Source of the DNA: Candidatus Micrarchaeia archaeon
GTDB taxonomy: Archaea; Micrarchaeota; Micrarchaeia; Micrarchaeales; Micrarchaeaceae
Direction: 5' to 3'
Length of the DNA: 64,000 bases
Assembly: GCA_049966775.1 (NCBI GenBank)
Contig: JBMFTZ010000001.1
Span: 21,167-85,166, forward strand
Shown: piece after piece, positions 34,723 to 43,156 of the stretch
Numbering within the stretch: position 1 is the stretch's first letter
Layout: the number at the start of each line of letters is the position of its first letter
The notes under the pieces: model-generated
Databases searched by the model: none
Told to the model about the DNA's origin: nothing
The model's input: the letters and a program-made list of their open reading frames with translations, nothing else
Position numbers and translations under genes: made by a program

Positions 34723-35588
34723 CAAAGCACCTTTTGAGGCCACCACACCTTGCACTCCTTGCCGTAAAAGCCACAGAACCTGCACTTCCAACTCTCTTCC
34801 TTGGGCACCGGCAGCGCCTCGCGCTCGCCGTTCCAGTATTTCATCACGTATTGCAGTATTCCGGCCATCTCCGCGCCGTCATATTTGAACTTGTAAACCT
34901 TTATCTCTTTGCCTGTGAACTGGTTTATGTAGCGTATTGTCAGCACGTCGCTCACCTCGGGCAGCGCCTTGATCTCTTCGAAGTACGCAACCGCTATGCC
35001 CTCCATGCTGCGCACGCGCTTCTCCACCTTGAGCGCGTCCAGCTGCCTCATGAACTCATCTGTGAGCACAAGCCTGCTGGCGTGGTACGCACCCTCGAAG
35101 TTCCTGAAATCATAGCTGCTGTCCTTTATGTCCCTGAGCAGCTTGTGGTAGAGCATCACCTGGATTTTGTGGGTGAGCTGCTGGGCCGAAGAGGGTATGT
35201 TATCGTTAGAGCGCGTCTTGTCCTCGACGATCCCCACCATGCCCCCCTTGAGCTCGAGCATGTCTATCTTGCCGACGAGCTTGTAGCCATTTGCGGAGCC
35301 GTAGACTTGCACCTCCCTTGTCTTGCTGTTCTCTTCAAGCGCCTTGAGCGCCATGTAGCTGGTATATATGCTCTTGTAGAGCGCATCCGCATAGCTTTTG
35401 GGCTGCAGTATTATCGGCACGTTGACCTCTTCTTCTAGCTCCTCGTGAAGCGCGCTGCCCTTCCTTATGCTCTCGTTGATGCGCTTGCCGTACCTGTAGT
35501 TCAGCTCCATCTGCAACTCACACCAGTACTGCGAAGCTATGTCAGTTATGCTGATGCTGCTCTTGTGCAGCTTTTCGAGCACACTCAT
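34722..35588 (-). CDS. Cas4-family PD-(D/E)xK nuclease with 4-Cys cluster (orphan, no CRISPR context)
   Basis: 288 aa. N-terminal Cys (QYWCELQ). GKIDMLE...IVEDKTR (D..ExK). C-terminal CRFCGFYGKEC. Confidence 0.7.
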   Translation of the reverse strand: MSVLEKLHKSSISITDIASQYWCELQMELNYRYGKRINESIRKGSALHEELEEEVNVPIILQPKSYADALYKSIYTSYMALKALEENSKTREVQVYGSANGYKLVGKIDMLELKGGMVGIVEDKTRSNDNIPSSAQQLTHKIQVMLYHKLLRDIKDSSYDFRNFEGAYHASRLVLTDEFMRQLDALKVEKRVRSMEGIAVAYFEEIKALPEVSDVLTIRYINQFTGKEIKVYKFKYDGAEMAGILQYVMKYWNGEREALPVPKEESWKCRFCGFYGKECKVWWPQKVL

Positions 35589-35819
35589 TTATACACCATT
35601 TCTTGTCACGCCTTTCAGCCCGCCTACTTGTCTTCATCGCAAAAAGCTCAGCGATCACCTTATTCATCACACCATATTATTTCTGCAAAAGCGTATAAAA
35701 AGCATTCCTTTTGGAACCGGCGCGCAATGCGAAATTGCTTTACGCTAGCGCCCAAAAAAATCAGGCAGATTTTTGTATCTTTCGCGCGCATCTTATGTGG
35801 AGAAGCGAAAGGTGAAAAG

Positions 35820-36101
35820 ATGAGGTTCATAAGACACGAAAGGGACCATCCGTTTGTAGTAAAGCTTGGCGATCTGCCTGGATTTTCCAATATCGCGGGC
35901 GACGCGGAAAAAACGAAGAATTACGAGGTGCACCTCTGCGCCTGCGGCCTTTCAGGGCACAAGCCCTTCTGCGACGGCTCACACGCGCACGTGCAGAATG
36001 AGGAGCAGGGCAAGATCTTCGCCTACGACAAGGAGAAGCAGAGGATTGACGCAACCAAGGAGCTTTCCGAGCTTGCCGAAAAGGTGCCAAACGAGTACTA
36101 G
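35820..36101 (+). CDS. CDGSH iron-sulfur domain protein
   Basis: 93 aa from the internal ATG at 35820. CACGLSGHKPFCDGSH matches the C-x-C-x2-S-x3-P-x-C-D-G-S-H signature. The upstream part of track ORF 35445.. is antisense to the nuclease gene. Confidence 0.85.
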   Translation: MRFIRHERDHPFVVKLGDLPGFSNIAGDAEKTKNYEVHLCACGLSGHKPFCDGSHAHVQNEEQGKIFAYDKEKQRIDATKELSELAEKVPNEY

Positions 36102-36117
36102 CACCGCTGGCGGTTTT

Positions 36118-36225
36118 ATGCGATGCATCGTATGCGGCTGCGAGATGACGTGCATACGCGCCTGCCATCTGAAGTGCATGAATTGCGGCGCAGAAGCGGA
36201 CTGCAGCGATTGGATAGAAGAGTGA
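36118..36225 (+). CDS. tiny zinc-ribbon protein (35 aa)
   Basis: MRCIVCGCEMTCIRACHLKCMNCGAEADCSDWIEE has two CxxC pairs. It lies 16 nt after the CDGSH stop and 4 nt before the next gene. Confidence 0.45.
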   Translation: MRCIVCGCEMTCIRACHLKCMNCGAEADCSDWIEE

Positions 36226-36229
36226 GCAT

Positions 36230-36760
36230 ATGCAGGCTTGGCTCGAATGCAACGACCTTTTCATAAGGGCCAAAAACGCCCTCTACGGCCGCGCGCTTGA
36301 TCTCTTTGACGAGGAACTGAAAGAAGGCAATATCGCGGTCAACGGCAAGTTTGTTAAATTCGAGGAAAATGGGATGCAGGGCAGGAACGAATACCTGATG
36401 CTAAACATGCTGCAGAACAAAGATGACATTGCGGATTTTTTCGAGAAAAATCAAAAAGATGCGGGCGAGAAATTGGTTAATAGGGTTTCCGCATTCATAG
36501 AAAAGATCAACACAATAGAGAGGCTTGTGGCGCTTAGCAAGGTCTTTGATGAGTGGGCCGAGGAGGCGTTGCTTATGGTGAAAGAGGACAGCGCAGAGGC
36601 GCTGGTGCGCAAGGGGATCGATGAGCAGCCCATCAGGAATGATGCAATAGCCGCATTGCTTGACATAGAGGTAAGCGCAAAAGAAGGCGATCGCTCGCTC
36701 TCAAATGATGAAGTTGCCCTGCTTGAAAGCACGATTTCGTACAGGCGAGGCACTGCCTAG
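36230..36760 (+). CDS. acidic helical hypothetical protein
   Basis: 176-aa ORF in an operon-like position. I recognise no family. Confidence 0.55.
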   Translation: MQAWLECNDLFIRAKNALYGRALDLFDEELKEGNIAVNGKFVKFEENGMQGRNEYLMLNMLQNKDDIADFFEKNQKDAGEKLVNRVSAFIEKINTIERLVALSKVFDEWAEEALLMVKEDSAEALVRKGIDEQPIRNDAIAALLDIEVSAKEGDRSLSNDEVALLESTISYRRGTA

Positions 36761-36780
36761 GCGGCGAGCGCGACAGTGCG

Positions 36781-37026
36781 CTATCTTTTGCCCTTCTCGA
36801 AATCGAGCCACCTCTGGTAGAGTGTGGCGTCACGCTCCTTGAGCCTGTCCAGCACTTCGCTGCGAATCTCGCTGCTCGTCAGCATGTCCCTGCCGCTGAA
36901 CTTCTTCTCCACGGAATCCGCTATGGCCCTCGCAGAATCTACGTCGAGGCCGTTCTTTACCAGTGCCACCGTTATTTTCTCTCTTACGAATTCCTCCTCC
37001 CTGCCGTCAGTTTTTTTCACTCTCAT
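36781..37026 (-). CDS. stand-alone ATP-cone domain protein
   Basis: MRVKKTDGREEEFVREKITVALVKNGL...SSEIRSEVLDRL is the ATP-cone pattern. Start at M8 of the track ORF. Confidence 0.75.
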   Translation of the reverse strand: MRVKKTDGREEEFVREKITVALVKNGLDVDSARAIADSVEKKFSGRDMLTSSEIRSEVLDRLKERDATLYQRWLDFEKGKR

Positions 37027-37115
37027 GCTTTCACCCCAAATATGCAACGAAACAAAATATTAAACAACTTTGCGCTACATATTTAACCCTGTTTGCGCAT
37101 ATTGATACTTCAGTG

Positions 37116-37736
37116 ATGAACCTGGCAGGCATAATAAGCATTGCTCTCTCACTTGTGGGCAGCTCCTATGCTACAATAAGCGTGCTCGTGAAGGATTACG
37201 GCTATGCGGCAATATTCTTGCTCATGCTTCTAGAAGGCTCTTCAGTGCCGGTGCCAAGCGAGGTGGTGCTACCGCTCACCGGCCTGTTTGCACGGCAGGG
37301 TCTGTTGAGTATCTACTGGGGCGTGCTGGCCGCTCTGCTCGGAAGCATTGTGGGCCTGGCGGTCGACTATTATATTGGCTACTTCATAGGCAAGGACATC
37401 GTATATAAGCACCTTAAAAGGCTGCACATAAGGCAGGAGGCGCTAGACTCGTTTGACAGGTGGTTTGAAAGGAACGGCATGGCGGCCGTTTTCATATCCA
37501 GGCTTATACCTGTGCTTCGCACGCTCATGAGCTTCCCAGCGGGGTTTGCAAAGATGCCTCCACGGGAGTTCTTCGCCTATTCTGTGGCTGGCTCCCTCAT
37601 ATGGGACATTGTGCTCGCCCTCTACGGCTACTACGCGCTGGCATCAAGCAATGCGGTTCTCCTCATGGCAAGCATTGGTGCGTTCGCGCTTGTGCTCTAT
37701 GTGATATACGCTATCGCTAGAAAGCACCTCAGATGA
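37116..37736 (+). CDS. DedA/SNARE-associated family membrane protein
   Basis: YGYAAIFLLMLLEGSSVPVPSEVVLPLTG and FISRLIPVLRTLMSFPAG. ATG at 37116; the track ORF begins earlier, overlapping the divergent gene. Confidence 0.8.
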   Translation: MNLAGIISIALSLVGSSYATISVLVKDYGYAAIFLLMLLEGSSVPVPSEVVLPLTGLFARQGLLSIYWGVLAALLGSIVGLAVDYYIGYFIGKDIVYKHLKRLHIRQEALDSFDRWFERNGMAAVFISRLIPVLRTLMSFPAGFAKMPPREFFAYSVAGSLIWDIVLALYGYYALASSNAVLLMASIGAFALVLYVIYAIARKHLR

Positions 37737-37782
37737 TTACAGACAAAACGCATATAAGCGTTGAGATTGAAAATCTACTGCT

Positions 37783-38139
37783 ATGAAAACAGGCACGCGC
37801 TTTGAGGACCGTAGCGCAGCAAAGGCCAGAAGCGCATCAAAGAATATAAGGCGGGCCGCAAAGATGCAGAGGCTTCTGGAGCGCATCGCGTACTATTCAA
37901 TCTTTATAGACTTTGGGATAACCATAGTCACGCTGATATCAATAAACGAGCACATAAGCCTGCATTCGATAACGCTGCTTCTGAACATCATGCTTTCCGC
38001 AGTTGTAATAGTGTCGATGGTGCTCTTCGCGATAATCTTCTTCCTCTCGCACTATGATAAGATCATAGACAGGTTTGCCCTTAGATATGCAAATAACACC
38101 GGCTCCAAAAAAGAACGACGGCGGGGAAGGCGCATCTAA
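37783..38139 (+). CDS. small two-TM hypothetical protein with basic termini
   Basis: 118-aa ORF with two hydrophobic helices. No homology recognised. Confidence 0.4.
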   Translation: MKTGTRFEDRSAAKARSASKNIRRAAKMQRLLERIAYYSIFIDFGITIVTLISINEHISLHSITLLLNIMLSAVVIVSMVLFAIIFFLSHYDKIIDRFALRYANNTGSKKERRRGRRI

Positions 38140-38157
38140 ATAGCATGCAGAAGTTTC

Positions 38158-38563
38158 TACTTTTTTCAATCGAGAAGGAGCCGTCATCCTGCGGGTATCT
38201 CAGCGACTTGTACCTATCGATTGACCTGAAACGAGGAAATCCCGCTTTTACTTTCCTGCCACGCCTGCTCTCGTTCACTCTTCTGAAGAAGTTCTGGAAC
38301 GCCCTCTGGAGCCTTATGAATACATCCTGTCTTGTCTGTGAATAGAGTTTTGAAAACTCTTTGTTTTCTTTTATCGCCTCGTTCATGTACCTGTTGAGAG
38401 TCGATATGTTTACCTTTGAATTTGTGTCCTTTTTGTATTCTTCTCTGGTCTTCTCGAGAATTTTGTTGTAGAGCTGTTGCGCAAGTGCCAGCATATTGTC
38501 TATCTCTTTTCGCCTTTTTTCGTCAGGATAGACGGCGAATTTGTATGCTCTTATGCACTCCAC
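38158..38563 (-). pseudogene. IS200/IS605-family TnpB (OrfB) N-terminal fragment
   Basis: MECIRAYKFAVYPDEKRRKEIDNMLALAQQLYNKILE...SQTRQDVFIRLQRAFQNFFRR...GFPRFRS..YKSLRYPQDDGSF is the TnpB N-terminal pattern. Only about 135 aa remain, with no RuvC or Zn-finger part, and the tail runs into the neighbouring gene. Confidence 0.7.
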
Positions 38564-38630
38564 AATATTATACTAAAATCAACATTTATATACTTATCTG
38601 CAAATGCTTAAATGCAGCCGCGCGATTCAT

Positions 38631-38650
38631 CCACGACTTAAAAGTCGTGG
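38631..38650. repeat. 9-bp-stem palindrome upstream of the TnpB fragment (possible IS left-end hairpin)
   Basis: ccacgactt-aa-aagtcgtgg, read directly, about 70 nt upstream of the tnpB start. Confidence 0.5.
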
Positions 38651-38702
38651 TATTCTTGCCCTACGAATAAAGACAAAAAGAAAAATAAAACAAACACCTG
38701 TC

Positions 38703-39086
38703 TTATGCCTTGTAGTAGGACAGTATTACGCCAATGAAGGCGATTATGAAGCCTATCAGTGCCAGCGCGAGATAGCTAGCGTTTGCAAATGTCAGCGCAA
38801 CAAGCGTTAGGCCTGCTACGACTGTGGCAAACAGGTCTGCAGTGCATCCGGACAGCTTCATTTCAACTTTGCTTGATGCTAGGTACGTAAAGCTGTAGAA
38901 GAACAGTATCACTGAAGTAAGCACTGCAAGGCTCGCAAACACTGGCAGCCAGAACGCGCCAGTACCGCTGAACAGTACGTTCATACCTACTGCGCCGCTT
39001 ATCAGTTCGTACACAACGAATAGGTAGAACAAGCTACCTATGAACTCCAATGCGAAAACCCCTCCATTAGCTGATTTCTTCGCCAT
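38703..39086 (-). CDS. four-TM hypothetical membrane protein
   Basis: 127-aa hydrophobic ORF. Confidence 0.6.
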   Translation of the reverse strand: MAKKSANGGVFALEFIGSLFYLFVVYELISGAVGMNVLFSGTGAFWLPVFASLAVLTSVILFFYSFTYLASSKVEMKLSGCTADLFATVVAGLTLVALTFANASYLALALIGFIIAFIGVILSYYKA

Positions 39087-39225
39087 TTTTTTTCACCACT
39101 AGATACTAAAAAGTATAGCTTTTTAAATCTAACTACGCTATTTGACACTAAAAGTAAAATATAGGGACACTTGTAAACTAAAGTGTCACGCACCTTTGAT
39201 ACCTTTGCACCACTTGGCGATCATA

Positions 39226-40683
39226 ATGTATGCCAAAGATTTAGGCAGTAGAGAAAAATTCATAATAATAGCAATAGCAGCTATCAGCCTGCTCGCAATA
39301 ATATTATGGTACTTGCTAATAGGCGCTGGCTGGGATCTTATAGCGCATATGCTTAATGCGAAAAGCATGATGGATCTGCATTTATACCATTGCATGGCTA
39401 ATCCAAATTGCGGCATCATAAACGGCAAAAGAAGCTTTTATTATTCAACGTATTTCGAACCCCAGAGGGCGCCAATGGTAAGCATCATGTTAATGCCTCT
39501 CTATCTTATTTTTGGGGATTGGAGCACGCTCGCGTATGCGCTCCTGGTTTTCTCATGCTACCTTGCTGCAATATATTATATAGCTAAGAATTTTGGCATA
39601 AGCAGGATTGCCGCATATGCGGCCATGGCAAGTCCGTACTTTGTTCTGTTCTTGTTCGTAAATGGGGCGGAATTGCTCTCTCTAGTATTTGTAATTATCG
39701 CGCTTGCTTTTCTAAGCAGGAAAAGCGCATATTCTGGACTTTTTCTCGGCCTTGCATTTGTAAGCAAATATACGACCATGCTGCTTCTTCCTATGCTGCT
39801 GTTGCTGATAAAGCCAAAAAAGATAGCATTAGCGGTAATACTTGCGCTCGTACCATCATTGCCCTGGATTGCATTCCAGCTTATATTCATGCATGGCGCC
39901 TTGGCAAGCTATCTGATGTCTATCCAGCTTGCTGCTGATAATTTTACATATTCAGGATTGAGCGTCAAATATTTGATGGTCGTTATAAGTTACCCTCTGC
40001 TTATACTCGCCGCCGCGCTAATTCTACTTAGGAAACACGTTCTAAAAGTTTCAAGAAATTTAAGCCTTAATCTTAAAAAAATGCTCCACAGCCTAAAGAC
40101 AAAAACGGAAACAAACACCCGAGTGCACATATGGGCGATAGCGGCCATGTTCGTGGCCCTTTCAATAATCGAGTATGCGATATTGATAAACTCTGCGCCA
40201 TTTGCACAAGCAAGGCTTGGATACCTGCTGGCTTTCTCGCTCTCTCTTTTCGTTGCGCTCGCCTTTACATATGCGCTCAGGAATAGGAAGGATGCAAGGA
40301 AAATAGAGGTAGGATTTGGGTTTGCATTTATTATATTTTTGGTTTTATGCTATGCTTTTTTCGTAATTAATGCGAACGCTGACAAAGTGTACTCGGTTAG
40401 AAATGTAAATATCACTGATAGTGTGGCAAAGCTTTATGAGCTTGGATATGGCGGTTGTAGGGTTGTATCAAATGATTGGATTTATCTTCTTTACTATGGA
40501 GTTAATGCGTTCCCGCAGTATTATCCGAATTCCACAAACATGCAGTATCCGATAATTGTATTCTATAACGCAAGCGCGCTCACGAGCAATGCCAGCATAC
40601 AGGGGATTAATTCATCTTCGGTCGTGTACAGTTCAAAGAGCTTCTCGATCATGCTGCCAAAAGGTTACAAATGCTACAAGTAA
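39226..40683 (+). CDS. GT-C-fold membrane glycosyltransferase candidate (PMT_2/ArnT-like)
   Basis: Polytopic N-terminal region with FLSRKSAYSGLFLGLAFVSKYTTMLLLPMLLLL and a C-terminal soluble sequon-rich domain. ATG at 39226; the track ORF starts with TTG at 39142. Confidence 0.45.
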   Translation: MYAKDLGSREKFIIIAIAAISLLAIILWYLLIGAGWDLIAHMLNAKSMMDLHLYHCMANPNCGIINGKRSFYYSTYFEPQRAPMVSIMLMPLYLIFGDWSTLAYALLVFSCYLAAIYYIAKNFGISRIAAYAAMASPYFVLFLFVNGAELLSLVFVIIALAFLSRKSAYSGLFLGLAFVSKYTTMLLLPMLLLLIKPKKIALAVILALVPSLPWIAFQLIFMHGALASYLMSIQLAADNFTYSGLSVKYLMVVISYPLLILAAALILLRKHVLKVSRNLSLNLKKMLHSLKTKTETNTRVHIWAIAAMFVALSIIEYAILINSAPFAQARLGYLLAFSLSLFVALAFTYALRNRKDARKIEVGFGFAFIIFLVLCYAFFVINANADKVYSVRNVNITDSVAKLYELGYGGCRVVSNDWIYLLYYGVNAFPQYYPNSTNMQYPIIVFYNASALTSNASIQGINSSSVVYSSKSFSIMLPKGYKCYK

Positions 40684-40709
40684 CTACAGCATAGTTCACG
40701 CCGGACAAG

Positions 40710-40783
40710 CGCCCTTGCCGGGATTTGAACCCGGATTACAGGCTCCGCAAGCCCGCGTTCTATCCAAGTTATACTACAAGGGC
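40710..40783 (-). tRNA. tRNA-Arg (anticodon GCG)
   Basis: rc reads GCCCTTG-TA-GTAT..GAAC-G-CGGGC-TTGCGGA-GCCTG-TAAT-CCGGG-TTCAAAT-CCCGG-CAAGGGC-G. The cloverleaf folds by hand. Confidence 0.9.
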
Positions 40784-40829
40784 ACGCACATAGTATTTAA
40801 ATTTAAGCACATATATTAAGATAACCTTT

Positions 40830-41903
40830 TTGGATGGTAAAGTGTACCATACATACCTGACGATACTGATACCTGCGATAGTAACCTTTGTTGTAACAGT
40901 AATTGCTATCCTGTTTGTAAAAGGGTACATGCTAGAATCAGGCGTTGTGTCTATAGACCATAACAAGAAAAACAAGCCGATTGTGCCTAGCAGCGCGGGC
41001 ATTGCGGTGGCATTTGGATTTGCTACCGGATTGCTCATTTATATATTCGGAGCCAGCTTTCCAACACCAGCGCACCCGTTTTATGTACCTGTGGCATCAC
41101 TTGTCTACATATATGCGACCATACTCGCCGTGATACTGATATCGCTAGGGGGATTGCTCGACGACATTAACGTAAAGAGCAAGATGGTAAAGACCACAGG
41201 CATGAAGGATATAAGGAGAGGCCTGAAGCAATGGCAGAAGCCACTGCTCTCATTCCTGGGTGCCATGCCATTGATGGCTGTCAACGCAGGCAACGCCTTT
41301 GTGGATGTGCCATTTGTGGGAATGGTTAATTTTGGTGTATTCTATCCGCTTGTAATAATACCTCTTGCCGTGATTTTCGCCGCAAACGCCTTCAACCTGC
41401 TCGGCGGGTTTGACGGCATTGCTGGGGGCTCTGCATTGGTGATGATGCTTGGCTTTTTCATATATAGCACGTTATACGGCACCTATACTGGAGCGCTAAT
41501 ATCTGCCATAACGATAGCCGCGCTCGCCGCTTTCCTGATTTTCGGGGTGTTCACAAAGAAAAGCGTCCTTCCGGGGGATAGTTTTTCTTATACGGTAGGC
41601 GCCATAATCGTGGCTCTGATGATTATCGGCAACATGGAAGCATTTGGCGTGATAGTCTTCATACCATGGTTTGTAGAATTTATACTTCATGCGAGAAAAA
41701 AGTTCAACACGACAGATTTAGGCGTGCTACAGCCTGATGGCACCATGAAACCGCCATACGGCAAAAAGATATACAGCTGGACCCACCTGATAATGAATTT
41801 CAAGCGCTGCAAGGAACGGGAAGTTTCGGCATACATGTGGCTTATTGAAGCGGGCTTTGTCGTGCTCGCGTTTGCATTAAAGCTTGCCCACCTACTTATC
41901 TAG
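40830..41903 (+). CDS. UDP-GlcNAc:dolichyl-phosphate GlcNAc-1-phosphate transferase (MraY/WecA/AglH family)
   Basis: 357 aa, polytopic. GGLLDDINVKSK and ANAFNLLGGFDGIAGG motifs. TTG start in the track. Confidence 0.85.
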   Translation: MDGKVYHTYLTILIPAIVTFVVTVIAILFVKGYMLESGVVSIDHNKKNKPIVPSSAGIAVAFGFATGLLIYIFGASFPTPAHPFYVPVASLVYIYATILAVILISLGGLLDDINVKSKMVKTTGMKDIRRGLKQWQKPLLSFLGAMPLMAVNAGNAFVDVPFVGMVNFGVFYPLVIIPLAVIFAANAFNLLGGFDGIAGGSALVMMLGFFIYSTLYGTYTGALISAITIAALAAFLIFGVFTKKSVLPGDSFSYTVGAIIVALMIIGNMEAFGVIVFIPWFVEFILHARKKFNTTDLGVLQPDGTMKPPYGKKIYSWTHLIMNFKRCKEREVSAYMWLIEAGFVVLAFALKLAHLLI

Positions 41904-42225
41904 CGCTAACTTTATGCACACCGAACGCTGCGTACCTACGCAACTTTTTGGGGCTTTTAAGAAGAACCACACCGTTGAGCCGGCCATGCTTTGAATTTAC
42001 AAGCTCTATATCGCTGCATTTTATTAAGCTTCTCCTGCCAGCATGATTAGCATAGACCGATGCACCATTTACTATATCTTCAACAGTTTCTTCCAGTTCC
42101 TTCTCAAAGCTTATCAGCGCCTTCTCGTTTACCCGCTCGGCACCCGCTTCTTTAAGGTATTCCTCTATATCATAAAGGCTGAATCCTCTCTTCTTAGCAG
42201 CACAAACCAAGCGAACACACCCCAA
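41896..42225 (-). CDS. archaeal histone with a basic C-terminal tail
   Basis: EAGAERVNEKALISFEKELEETVEDIVNGASVYANHAGRRSLIKCSDIELV aligns with the HMf-type histone fold (AGAERV...HAGRKT.K..DIEL). There is an extra ~35-aa Lys/Arg-rich tail. Confidence 0.8.
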   Translation of the reverse strand: MGCVRLVCAAKKRGFSLYDIEEYLKEAGAERVNEKALISFEKELEETVEDIVNGASVYANHAGRRSLIKCSDIELVNSKHGRLNGVVLLKSPKKLRRYAAFGVHKVSAR

Positions 42226-42301
42226 TGCAGATTAATATAAAAGTAACATTTTTAAATAAAGCCCTATTTAAACGATTAGTGGCACTCCTATATGTGATTC
42301 C

Positions 42302-43156
42302 ATGCGCGCAAGATTCGGATTCCATCTCTCGATAAGAGGCGGTGTGCTTAGTGCGGCAAGCGAGGCGGCGCGCAAAAATTATAGGGCGTTCCAACTTTTT
42401 GTCTCAAACCCTAGATCGTGGAGCGTAACGCATTCACCATCAGAGCAGGCAACGCGCTTCGCGGAATCGAATAGCACGCACAACATCATGGCTTTTGCAC
42501 ATATGCCTTACTTGTGCAATCTCTCATCCCCAAGAAAAAACATAGCTGCGAAAAGCATCGAAAGCGCAATAGAAAACATCAACGAGTGCAACGCGCTCAA
42601 TGTGAGATATCTTGTATTCCACATGGGGTCGCACCTGGGCGCTGGCAGAAGCGTAGGCATGGCAAATATAATAAAAGCGCTCGGAAGCATATTGGACAGG
42701 AGCAAGCATTGCGATTTGCTGCTCGAAAACTCTGCAGGCTATAACAATAGCATGGGCTCTAAAATAAATGAGATGGCAGAAGTGCTAGAAGCCATAGATT
42801 CGAAAAGATTGGGGATATGCCTTGACACGTGCCACCTTTTTGCAGCCGGCTACGACCTCAGGGATGAAAAGGCTGTGGCAAGGCTGGATGGTGAGTTCAT
42901 GAGGCTCATAGGTGCCAAAAAGCTCAAATTGGTGCACTTAAACGATTCGCGGTTTGGACTTGGCAGCGGCCTTGACAGACACTGGCACATAGGTCGGGGT
43001 TATATAGGCAGAGCGGGTTTCATAAACGTCTTTAAGAGCAAGGTGCTTGGAAACGGTCCCTTTATTATGGAAACACCTTATGAGAACGAACGCTCTGAGG
43101 AGATGAACCTATCGGCTGCGCTGAACTTCTATAGGGAAGCCAATGCTTTAGAATAG
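42302..43156 (+). CDS. nfo: endonuclease IV (AP endonuclease family 2)
   Basis: 284 aa. GFHLSI, YLVFHMGSH, LLENSAG, CLDTCHLFAAGYD, VHLNDS. Confidence 0.9.
   Translation: MRARFGFHLSIRGGVLSAASEAARKNYRAFQLFVSNPRSWSVTHSPSEQATRFAESNSTHNIMAFAHMPYLCNLSSPRKNIAAKSIESAIENINECNALNVRYLVFHMGSHLGAGRSVGMANIIKALGSILDRSKHCDLLLENSAGYNNSMGSKINEMAEVLEAIDSKRLGICLDTCHLFAAGYDLRDEKAVARLDGEFMRLIGAKKLKLVHLNDSRFGLGSGLDRHWHIGRGYIGRAGFINVFKSKVLGNGPFIMETPYENERSEEMNLSAALNFYREANALE

Noticed and set aside
33745-35438. Long plus-strand ORFs (276 aa and 234 aa) antisense to alaS and the Cas4-like gene
   Set aside because: They overlap well-supported genes on the opposite strand, are Arg/Leu/His-rich and have no recognisable domains.
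35445-35819. Upstream 125 aa of the CDGSH ORF
   Set aside because: It is antisense to the Cas4-like gene and crosses the intergenic promoter region. The conserved CDGSH protein starts at the internal ATG 35820.
38631-38650. CRISPR repeat
   Set aside because: It is a single-copy palindrome with no spaced repeats anywhere in the window. It is better explained as an IS end hairpin.
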